Positions 18,891 through 26,983 of a stretch of 39,716 nt of DNA are shown one piece after another. The notes beneath the pieces are model-generated. The model had not been told where the DNA came from and made no database searches. It saw only the letters and a list, made by a program, of their open reading frames with translations. The stretch lies in the NCBI GenBank assembly GCA_045106895.1, contig JBGCFM010000248.1, positions 1-39,716 of the forward strand, written 5' to 3'. The translations under genes and the position numbers were made by a program. The stretch comes from Polyangiales bacterium (GTDB lineage Bacteria > Myxococcota_A > Polyangia > Polyangiales > Houyiibacteriaceae). Within the stretch, counting starts at the first letter, position 1. Each line of letters starts with the position of its first letter.

Positions 18891-20171
18891 GTGGACCCCC
18901 GTCACAAGATACGCTGTATCGTTCCCCCTCCGCCGAGTCAGGGCGGCGACCTCAGCAAGGTGGCGACGGACGCGCTCATCGAATGCGCGCATGACTCGAA
19001 AGAACGTTGGTGGGTTCGCGCCGCGGTGATCAGGGAGCTTGGGCGCCGTCTGGAAGAGAGCGAACTAGCTCCCCTCGAAAAGGTGCTGAGGAATCGGGCC
19101 GAAAATCCGAGCGTGCGTATCCCAGCGCTCAAGAGCATGTGTGCTGTCGTGAGCGAGGGAGATTTGCAGGCGCGCACCCTCGTTGCCTGGCTCCAAGCAC
19201 AATCGGGCATCGACGGTGGCTACGGATTCGCCGAGCAGGTCCTCGCAGCCCGAGCAGGGCTTGGCGATGTGAGCGTGTCGTTGGAGTTGGCGGTTCTGGC
19301 GAGCGACGCATGGACGCATCGGCGTGCGTGCGCCCTCGACGCTCTTCGCATGCTCGCCGAACGCGTCGGTGAGGTCGCGATTCTCGCAGAGCTGGGCTGC
19401 GCCAGCTATCTGGCGATGGCGACGGACGCCCCTCGTTTCGAGGTGCGGCTACATGGTGTGCGCGAGTTGCACGACGCAGGCGAGGACATCACGCCGTTCC
19501 TCGCGGACCCTTCGCGCATCGTCGCTCGCTACGTGTTCGACGCACTTACGGATTCTGACGTAAACGTGACCGTCGCTCGCCAGCTCGCGGAGACGGCGCA
19601 GTCCCAAGAAGCTCGCGCTTGGGCAGCGCTGACGCTGTTTCGCGCGGGCATGCCGCTAAAGGAAGCGATGGCGTTTCTCGAAGAGCCTTTCGTTTCGCTG
19701 CCAGGTGTGCCCGACGAGATTCGACACGCCATCCTGCGGGAGTACGCACCAGGTCAGCGCGAAACGAACCCGCGCTGGCTACTCGAGCGGGCCACGTTGC
19801 CTACCGGGCCAAGTGAAGATGAACTTGAGGAGCGCGCCGACGCTCGACTCAAGCGACTCATGGAGGCTCTCCAAGCACTTGGGCTGAAACCGGAGACGCC
19901 TATCTCCGCCGGAGACGCTTTTCAGCAGGGTTCCGGCACGTACTTCAAGATCACTATTCCCGGCTCGTCGATGCTCCAGCTGAGCACCCTAGGCCCCTTC
20001 ATCATCGACGAAGAAGAGACGCCGGCGGACATCCGCGCAGCCGCCGAAGCCTGCGGACTCACTTGGGTCGAAGAGTACGCACCGCTCCCGTTCAGCGGAC
20101 TCTGCGTCTATCACTTCGGCAAGCGCGAGCCGCTTCGCGTCGGCGAGCTTCTCTTCTACTGGCAGGATTAG
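18891..20171 (+). CDS. HEAT-repeat-like helical protein (tandem paralog A)
   Basis: WWVRAAVIRELG, SVRIPALKSM and FLADPSRIVARY resemble HEAT/PBS repeats; full-length homology to 20262..21548. Confidence 0.75.
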   Translation: MDPRHKIRCIVPPPPSQGGDLSKVATDALIECAHDSKERWWVRAAVIRELGRRLEESELAPLEKVLRNRAENPSVRIPALKSMCAVVSEGDLQARTLVAWLQAQSGIDGGYGFAEQVLAARAGLGDVSVSLELAVLASDAWTHRRACALDALRMLAERVGEVAILAELGCASYLAMATDAPRFEVRLHGVRELHDAGEDITPFLADPSRIVARYVFDALTDSDVNVTVARQLAETAQSQEARAWAALTLFRAGMPLKEAMAFLEEPFVSLPGVPDEIRHAILREYAPGQRETNPRWLLERATLPTGPSEDELEERADARLKRLMEALQALGLKPETPISAGDAFQQGSGTYFKITIPGSSMLQLSTLGPFIIDEEETPADIRAAAEACGLTWVEEYAPLPFSGLCVYHFGKREPLRVGELLFYWQD

Positions 20172-20261
20172 TTCGAACGCGCTCGGTCCGCCGACAGCGC
20201 ATTGCGCTTCAGCGAAGCTGCTAAGTTCAAGTCTGGCGTATGAACGTGACACCATGGTCCG

Positions 20262-21548
20262 GTGGACCCCCGTCACAAGATACGCAGTATCGTCCCCCGT
20301 CCGCCGAGTCAGGGCGGCGACCTCAGTAAGGTCGCGACGGACGCGCTCATCGAATGCGCGCATGACTCGAAAGAGCGCGGGTGGGTGCGCTCGGCGGTCG
20401 TCCGGGAACTTGGGCGCCGTCTGGGGGAGAGCGCGCTGCCCCTCTTTGAGGAACTCCTGAAGAGTCGAGACCTGGGTATTCGTATTGCCGCTCTCACGAG
20501 CATGTGCGCCGTGCTGAGCGAAGGAGAAGATTCGGAAGCGCGCAGGTCGCTCGTGGCGTGGCTCCAGTCGCAATCGGGCATCGACGTCTTCTTTAGTGAG
20601 CGGGTTCTCTCAGCCCGCGCAGCCCTCGGCGATGTGAGCGTTACGCTGGAGTTGGTGATTCTAGCGAGCCACCGCTTGGCTCGTCGCCGCGCCGTCGCGC
20701 TCGACGCGCTGGAGGCGCTGCGGGCGCGCGCCAGCGACGACGCAATTCTCAAAGAACTCGGCTACGCCAGCTATCTTGAGATGGCGACGGACGCCCCTCG
20801 TTTCGAGGTGCGGCTACATGGCGTGCGCGAGTTGCACGACGCAGACGAAGACATCACCGCGTTCCTCGCGGACCCTTCGCGCATCGTCGCTCGCTACGTG
20901 TTCGATGCACTTGCCGATTCGAACGTGGATGTGACCGTCGCTCGCCAGCTCGCGGAGACGGCGCAGTCCCAAGAAGCTCGTGCTTGGGCAGCCCTCGCGC
21001 TGCGAAGGGCGGGCATATCCGCAGCGGAAGCGATGGCATTTCTCGAAGAGCCCCTCGTTCCGGCGGCGGGCGTGCCAGACGATATTCGAGACGCCATTGT
21101 GCGGGAGTGCGCATTTGGTCCGTGCGATACGAACCCGCGGCAGCTGCTGCACCGCGAGATGGACCCGCGTTGGCTGCTGGAGCGGACGACCTTGCCCGAG
21201 GTGCCAAGGGCCGAGCTCGACGCTCGGACCGACGCTCGAGTCGCACGCCTTATGGCAGCCCTCGAAGAGCTTGGACTGAATCCGGTGGCCCCGTTTTCCG
21301 CCGCGGACGCTTGGGAGCGAACCCCCGGCACTTATTTGGGAATCGCTATCCCGGGCTTGTCCTATCTCTGGCTAAGCACTCTGGGCCCCTTCGTCGTCGA
21401 CCAGGAACACACACCACCGGAGATCCGCGCTGCCGTAGAAACGTGCGGCCTCACGTGGGTTGAAGAGTACGGTCAGACGGTCAACGGACTCTTCGGCACC
21501 AGCGGCGGGATCGATGTTGGCGAGCTTCTGTTCCACTACCGTACGTGA
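20262..21548 (+). CDS. HEAT-repeat-like helical protein (tandem paralog B)
   Basis: Same N-terminus (MDPRHKIR) and C-terminus (VGELLF); carries an extra 10-aa internal duplication. Confidence 0.75.
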   Translation: MDPRHKIRSIVPRPPSQGGDLSKVATDALIECAHDSKERGWVRSAVVRELGRRLGESALPLFEELLKSRDLGIRIAALTSMCAVLSEGEDSEARRSLVAWLQSQSGIDVFFSERVLSARAALGDVSVTLELVILASHRLARRRAVALDALEALRARASDDAILKELGYASYLEMATDAPRFEVRLHGVRELHDADEDITAFLADPSRIVARYVFDALADSNVDVTVARQLAETAQSQEARAWAALALRRAGISAAEAMAFLEEPLVPAAGVPDDIRDAIVRECAFGPCDTNPRQLLHREMDPRWLLERTTLPEVPRAELDARTDARVARLMAALEELGLNPVAPFSAADAWERTPGTYLGIAIPGLSYLWLSTLGPFVVDQEHTPPEIRAAVETCGLTWVEEYGQTVNGLFGTSGGIDVGELLFHYRT

Positions 21549-21559
21549 GTGCTCACACG

Positions 21560-22876
21560 CTAGTGCACGCATGCCTGCGGGCACTCGCGCTCTAGGTTCG
21601 TTTGAAACAAACCCGCGCGGCCACGCGGCAGCTCCACCTCGCACGCGTCCTCCAGCGTGCGCGTCTCGCCGCCGGCGCGAATCGTCAGGGTCAGCGGCGC
21701 GGCTCCTTCGGCACAGTGTCGGCGAACGGCGCTGCGAAGGGACGCTTCGTGCCAGAGCGCGGCCTCGAATTCTGCGCGGAGCTCTTCGCTCGCTTCGGGG
21801 GCATCGACGCGAATGTAGGGGTCGCTCCAGCGAACGGACTCCGGCACAAGAAGATGGTTCCAGCAGCCTTCATCGATGCGCAGGTTGCTGAGCATGGCGC
21901 CGGCGTGATGAAACTGCACGCCTAAGTAAGGCGTGCTGGCGTTGGCGAGGAAGAGCGCGAAGAGGACCCATGACACTTTGCCCATGGGCTCAGACCACGC
22001 GCCTCGTCCGACGCGCGGTCCGCGCAGGGACATGGTGAGGAACGCGGCGGCGAGGATCCAAAGCGCGAGCTCTTTGAGCTGCCAGGCGGGGTAGAGCACC
22101 CAGTGATCTTGAAAATAGAACGCGAGACCCATGCCGAACCCAGCGAGTCCGAGGAGCACGATGCTGACGCGTCGCTCGCGGCCGATGGCAGCCCAGGCCT
22201 TGAGGTCTTCTTCGCGCATAAAAGCGATCCAGCCCGGCGCCATGACCCAGGCAAAGCTCGGAGCGAAGATGATGGTCAGCGGAATGTGCATGAGGCCGGC
22301 GAAGGGGAGCGCGAGGCGAGGCCGAAGCACGAAGAGCAACACCAAGGAGAGCTCCGACGCCGCAAACGCATAGGGCCAAACCGGCGCCAAGAAGTCCGGC
22401 GCCAGAGGCAGGCTCCACATTTCGCTGAGCACCGTCAGACCGCCCGAAGCACAGCTCACTGCGGGGTCGAAGAAGTCGGCGTTCATCTTGTGAAAGATCG
22501 CCGCGGCGTAGACGCCAAGAGTCAGCAAGCGCACGGCACCAAAGAAGTGCCCTTCGTTTCTCCGGCAAAGAAGACCCGCCACCACGACGAAGAGCATGTA
22601 GACGCTCTGCGTCAGCTGGTCGCCGAGCAAGAGCAGCGGCCACGACAGACCAGCGGCCGACGCAAGAAAACCAAGGAGCGTTCCGACGTGCTCCCGCGGG
22701 TAGTACGCAACGGCCAATGCGCCGCCGAGGAGGAGCAAATCCGCCGGCAGCCACGTCCACTGTAGGGCGTCGGGCAAGGTCAGGTGCGCAAGGGCACCGA
22801 GGAGCGAAGCGCGAGCCCAAAGCCGATAGCGGTAGTCGTCGGCCTCCATCGTTGGGCGCGGCATCAGGCGCGGCAT
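21560..22876 (-). CDS. HTTM-like polytopic membrane protein (vitamin K-dependent gamma-carboxylase/SdpB-related)
   Basis: About 10 TMs; YAAAIFHKMNADFF and GAMLSNLR motifs resemble HTTM proteins; ATG overlaps the upstream TGA (TGATG). Confidence 0.6.
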   Translation of the reverse strand: MPRLMPRPTMEADDYRYRLWARASLLGALAHLTLPDALQWTWLPADLLLLGGALAVAYYPREHVGTLLGFLASAAGLSWPLLLLGDQLTQSVYMLFVVVAGLLCRRNEGHFFGAVRLLTLGVYAAAIFHKMNADFFDPAVSCASGGLTVLSEMWSLPLAPDFLAPVWPYAFAASELSLVLLFVLRPRLALPFAGLMHIPLTIIFAPSFAWVMAPGWIAFMREEDLKAWAAIGRERRVSIVLLGLAGFGMGLAFYFQDHWVLYPAWQLKELALWILAAAFLTMSLRGPRVGRGAWSEPMGKVSWVLFALFLANASTPYLGVQFHHAGAMLSNLRIDEGCWNHLLVPESVRWSDPYIRVDAPEASEELRAEFEAALWHEASLRSAVRRHCAEGAAPLTLTIRAGGETRTLEDACEVELPRGRAGLFQTNLERECPQACVH

Positions 22877-23136
22877 CACTGAGCGCGCGAGACGTCGGCG
22901 TAGACGCCGCCGCGTTCGTCGCGGGAGACGTGCACATCCCAGGGGCGACAGCACACGTCGCAGTCCTGGACGAAGCGGCCTCGCGTGCCGGGGTCGATGT
23001 AGAGCAGCTGCGTCTGGTAGCAGTAAGGACACGCCACCATAAGCTCGTCCTCGAGAGCCGTTTCTTCACTCGGCGAGTCGCCCGGGAACTCTTCGTCCTC
23101 GGTGTTGTCCTCCTCTTCCATGCTCGACGTGCTCAT
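22876..23136 (-). CDS. CPXCG-motif cysteine-rich protein with acidic N-terminal extension
   Basis: CPYC...ID...FVQDCDVCCRPW matches the Cys_rich_CPXG family; start ATG 23136 or 23121. Confidence 0.85.
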   Translation of the reverse strand: MSTSSMEEEDNTEDEEFPGDSPSEETALEDELMVACPYCYQTQLLYIDPGTRGRFVQDCDVCCRPWDVHVSRDERGGVYADVSRAQ

Positions 23137-23190
23137 TGTCGCTGAACCATACACCCCGCCGGCGCGATCCGGTGTAGCTTGAGGCCGCCC

Positions 23191-24498
23191 ATGCGCCGTA
23201 TTGCACTCATTGCTGGAGCCCTCACGATCTGCGCAGGTATCGCGCTTGTCTGGCTTGAAGTCGCAAAGCTCGCCAAAGACGAGCGCGATGTCCCCGGGGA
23301 GGTGATGAGCCTCGCGGAAAGCGTCGATACCTATCTGGTGCAGAGCGATCTTGCGCATCATCAGCAAGCTCACTTCGAACTCTGCGGCGAAGGTGTGGAC
23401 ATGGAGGCGTGGGCGGCACGCGCCGTGACGATCTGGTTCCTCAACGAAGACGGAACCCGCGACCAGGTTCGGCGTATTCGCTTCAGCGACCTCATCCAGC
23501 GCATGGAACGCCAAGGCGATGCCTTCTGCGTGAACGTGGTGCATTGGGACTCCGTGCTCATCCCCGGCGACTACGCCGTTGGCGTCGACATCGGCGCGAT
23601 CCCAGATGAAGAAGAAGACACACGCATCCGGGCGCGTATCTTGTCGTGGCGCGCAGCGAGCTTTCAAGGCCGCGCCGGCATCCTAGTGTTGCTCTTCGGC
23701 ATCGCCCTCATCGCGTTTGGCTTCACACAGCCAGTGATTCACTCGGGCACGAAGACCTTCGCCGACGATGACGGAGACCCGGGCGCAGGTGCGGCACCCC
23801 CGGAATGGAAACACGCGCCGGGCAACGTCATGGTTCGCGTCGCTCTCGGCATCACGGCGGTGGTCGCTGTCATGCTTGGCCTCGCCTTTGTACGAGGCGG
23901 CAGCGTGATGATCCCGGTGCGCGGCTTGGCCATCTGCCTCGTGCAGCTCGGGCTTGCTTTCGCCCTCGTTCACCCGAGACGCCTCGCGCCAGGAACCGCG
24001 CCGCCCCCCGGACAGACGCGCGCCGAAGCCTTAGCGCTCGTCGGTCTTCGCCCAGACGCACGCTGGAAGCGTGTGGGCGGCTGGGTGCTCTTGGTCGTGG
24101 CCGGCGTGCTCATCTTCCGCGTCGGCCGACTCGTCGCAGGGCTTATCCCTTCCACCGGCGTCGCGCCCATCGAAGCAGCTCTTGCGGCACCGAGTGGATC
24201 CCTCGCCATCGGCCTCATCGCGACGCTCGCGCCGCTCGCGGAGGAGATCTTCTTCCGCGGCTTTGTCTACACGGCGCTCGAAAATCGCTTCGGCAAGAAC
24301 GTCGCCTTCGTGGCTTCGTGGCTTCTCTTCGCCGTCGCTCATCTCCCCCAACAGTGGGGCGCCTGGGGCGCTTTCGCCTCCGTGGCCCTCGCTGGCTTCG
24401 CCTTCACGCTCATTCGGCGCATGACCGGCAGCAGCTTGGCGAGCGGCGTCGCGCATGTGTCGCACAACGGCTTCATCAACGTCCTCGCGCTGCTCTAA
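23191..24498 (+). CDS. CPBP (Abi/type II CAAX) intramembrane glutamic endopeptidase with N-terminal extracytoplasmic domain
   Basis: EEIFFRG, FAVAH and HVSHN motifs; multiple TMs. Confidence 0.9.
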   Translation: MRRIALIAGALTICAGIALVWLEVAKLAKDERDVPGEVMSLAESVDTYLVQSDLAHHQQAHFELCGEGVDMEAWAARAVTIWFLNEDGTRDQVRRIRFSDLIQRMERQGDAFCVNVVHWDSVLIPGDYAVGVDIGAIPDEEEDTRIRARILSWRAASFQGRAGILVLLFGIALIAFGFTQPVIHSGTKTFADDDGDPGAGAAPPEWKHAPGNVMVRVALGITAVVAVMLGLAFVRGGSVMIPVRGLAICLVQLGLAFALVHPRRLAPGTAPPPGQTRAEALALVGLRPDARWKRVGGWVLLVVAGVLIFRVGRLVAGLIPSTGVAPIEAALAAPSGSLAIGLIATLAPLAEEIFFRGFVYTALENRFGKNVAFVASWLLFAVAHLPQQWGAWGAFASVALAGFAFTLIRRMTGSSLASGVAHVSHNGFINVLALL

Positions 24499-24529
24499 AG
24501 CTCCGGTCGCATCAACCGTTGAACCAATT

Positions 24530-24982
24530 ATGGAATCCGGTCTACTGCTGATGGTCGTCGATGATTGTCCGGCAGATTTGTACAGCTCTGAGCGGGCGAT
24601 ACGTGACGCGACGGGCTTTGGCGACGTCTTGATGGCAACCAACGGTGTGTCCACGCTCGAAGTTCTGGAGGAGCGGATTGGACAAGAGCTGGACCCACCT
24701 GCGTTGATCTTCCTCGACCTGCGGATGCCGGAGATGAACGGCTTCGAGTTCCTCATCGAGTTTGAGCGTCTCTACCCCAGCACAACGACACAAGTCGTCG
24801 TGCTCAGCGGCACAGACCACCCAGTCGAAAAGACCCACGCGTTGGAGCATGAGTGCGTAGTTGGCTACTCGGTCAAACCCGTGCAGGTCAAAGACGTGGA
24901 ACATCACATTGAGAAGTGGGTGAGCGAACACGTAATGGGAGTCGACGGTTCGCGCGCGTCCTTGCTTCCCGTCGCCGGTTAG
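24530..24982 (+). CDS. Single-domain response regulator
   Basis: VVDD, IFLDLRMPEMNGFEFL, VVVLSG, KP. Confidence 0.9.
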   Translation: MESGLLLMVVDDCPADLYSSERAIRDATGFGDVLMATNGVSTLEVLEERIGQELDPPALIFLDLRMPEMNGFEFLIEFERLYPSTTTQVVVLSGTDHPVEKTHALEHECVVGYSVKPVQVKDVEHHIEKWVSEHVMGVDGSRASLLPVAG

Positions 24983-25061
24983 CAAGCGGAACGACCAACA
25001 AATTCGTGCGTTGCGATGGTTGTACGCGTGTTCCAGCACTTGTTCGCGATAGAGTCCCGCC

Positions 25062-25670
25062 ATGACGTGGGAAAATGCATGGTCCGAGGGACGAACCCCT
25101 TGGGATGGTGGAAAGAGCGCACCCGAGCTCGGCGTGGCGCTGAAAGAAGAGCTCTTCGGCCCGAGCGAACGAAACGGACGGCGCACGCGGGTGCTGGTCA
25201 CGGGGTGCGGCTCCGGTTGGGACGCCTTCGCCTTTGCTGACGCGGGCTTCGACGTCGTCGGACTCGACATCGCGCCGAGCGCTGGCGAACGCTTCGCTGA
25301 GCTGCGCGCGCAGCGTAGCTTCGCGCAGGCGCCGCGCGTGGCCATCGCGGACTTTCTAACGTGGTCGCCGGCGTGCCCTTTCGATGTCATCTGGGACTAC
25401 ACGTTTTTGTGCGCGCTGCCGCTCGCGTGGCGTCATCGCTGGGCCACCCGCATGGACGAGCTCCTCGCACCCGACGGCACCCTGGCGACGCTCATCTTCC
25501 CGATGGTGACGCCGGCGGAAGGCTACGAAGGTCCTCCATGGCCGCTGCATCCCGAGCATCTCCAGGAGCTCCTCGTGCCGCGTTTCGAGTCGACGTACCT
25601 GGCGCCGGCACGTGCCAGCCATCCGAAACGCGAAGGCAAAGAGTCCCTCGGCCTTTGGCGCCGACCTTGA
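25062..25670 (+). CDS. Thiopurine/thiol S-methyltransferase-like SAM-dependent methyltransferase
   Basis: WENAWSEGRTPWD, VLVTGCGSGWD, FDVIWDYTFLCAL, EGPPW. Confidence 0.85.
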   Translation: MTWENAWSEGRTPWDGGKSAPELGVALKEELFGPSERNGRRTRVLVTGCGSGWDAFAFADAGFDVVGLDIAPSAGERFAELRAQRSFAQAPRVAIADFLTWSPACPFDVIWDYTFLCALPLAWRHRWATRMDELLAPDGTLATLIFPMVTPAEGYEGPPWPLHPEHLQELLVPRFESTYLAPARASHPKREGKESLGLWRRP

Positions 25671-25701
25671 GTTTTTCCCGCCATCGCCGATAGTGCGAGG
25701 T

Positions 25702-26571
25702 ATGGGGCGGACTTTCTGGCAGGTCATTTGTATCGCGCTGATGGCGTGTGGCGGTTCGAGCGGCGCGTGCGGCGGCGCACCCAGCGCTTCCGGAACAGGT
25801 GGCGGGCCGAGTGAGCCGAGCGAGGACCCTGACCTAACGCCCTTCGGCGGCTGGAGCGTCGCGGGCGTGACCTTGTATTGGCGGAACTCTTCCCACCAGG
25901 ACCACAGCGCTGCGCACGTTGTGGCTAGGAACGCAGCGGGGGACTCGGTGAGCGGCGTCGAGCTCATGAGGCTCGTCGGCGATCTTCCTCCAGACGAACT
26001 GGCCCTCCGCGCAAACGCGATCCTCTTCCCCTACGCGGGCCACGAGCCGCTCAGCCCTGGCTACGCAGATTGGGGCACGGCACAAGAACAGGCCCTAATT
26101 CATGAACCTCGTGTAGAGGACGGTTCGCTTTGTTTCTTCGGGATACAAGGCGACATGAACCCAGGCATTGTGGAGCGATGCGTTCTGCTTTCCGACTACA
26201 GCGTGACGACTCGTCATGCCTCGGAGGTGATCCTTGCCAACGGCGACAACGCCGTGGACGAGAACACCATTTGCATCGCTCATAGCTCGTGTGGGGCTTG
26301 GGAAGGGTGCGCGCGGGCGCAGCGTATTGAGCGCCCCGGAACGGACACCACCGCCTACCAGGTCGTGGAGTCCGGCGTGATCCTCGAGCATTACGAGGAG
26401 TGTCTAAACGGCGCCTGCTTTGAGGTGTGCCGCGGACCTGGGGAAGACGCCCACTGCGACGCCGGGACTTTTCACGACCCAAACATCGCGTGCAGTGAGT
26501 CATGGCCCCCTTCGCGCGCGGACTACCATTGCGAGACCCTGGCCGACACGTGCCGGCGCGTTGCCCACTAG
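25702..26571 (+). CDS. Cysteine-rich lipoprotein
   Basis: MGRTFWQVICIALMAC lipobox; many Cys in the C-terminal half. Confidence 0.7.
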   Translation: MGRTFWQVICIALMACGGSSGACGGAPSASGTGGGPSEPSEDPDLTPFGGWSVAGVTLYWRNSSHQDHSAAHVVARNAAGDSVSGVELMRLVGDLPPDELALRANAILFPYAGHEPLSPGYADWGTAQEQALIHEPRVEDGSLCFFGIQGDMNPGIVERCVLLSDYSVTTRHASEVILANGDNAVDENTICIAHSSCGAWEGCARAQRIERPGTDTTAYQVVESGVILEHYEECLNGACFEVCRGPGEDAHCDAGTFHDPNIACSESWPPSRADYHCETLADTCRRVAH

Positions 26572-26575
26572 CGGC

Positions 26576-26983
26576 CTACGGAACCGAGCGGTTCCACTTG
26601 CCCCAGTAGTCGCCGAAGTCTTTGATCATCCGCCGAAACGCGTGAAAGTCGACGGGCTTCGTCAGGTAACTGTTCGCGCCAAGTTCATAGGCCAAGAGGC
26701 GATCCACGTCCGCATCCGAGGTGCTCAGGATCACGACGGGAATACGCTTCAGCGTTGGGTCTTTCTTGAGGTCCTCAAGCAGCTCCAGACCGCTCTTTGC
26801 CGGGAGGTTGATGTCCAAGAGGATCACTTGGGGCATCGCATGCCGGTGGTCTTTTAGGTAACGAAGGGCGTACTCGGCCGTTTCGAAGACCTTGACCTCA
26901 TTTGGAATCTGCGCCGACGCGAGGGTCTTCTTGACCAAGACCGCGTGGTCTTCGTTGTCTTCTACCAACACGAAATCAAGCAT
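26576..26983 (-). CDS. Single-domain response regulator (Rcp1-like), partner of the upstream kinase
   Basis: LVEDN, ILLDINLP, IPVVILSTS, AYELGANSYLTKP, YW tail; start overlaps the kinase stop by 8 bp. Confidence 0.95.
   Translation of the reverse strand: MLDFVLVEDNEDHAVLVKKTLASAQIPNEVKVFETAEYALRYLKDHRHAMPQVILLDINLPAKSGLELLEDLKKDPTLKRIPVVILSTSDADVDRLLAYELGANSYLTKPVDFHAFRRMIKDFGDYWGKWNRSVP

Larger units (their letters stand above)
18854..21548 (+). repeat. Tandem gene duplication, ~1371-bp period, including ~37 bp of upstream sequence
   Basis: 18854-19003 is near-identical to 20225-20374, and 19401-19628 to 20766-20993. Confidence 0.9.
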
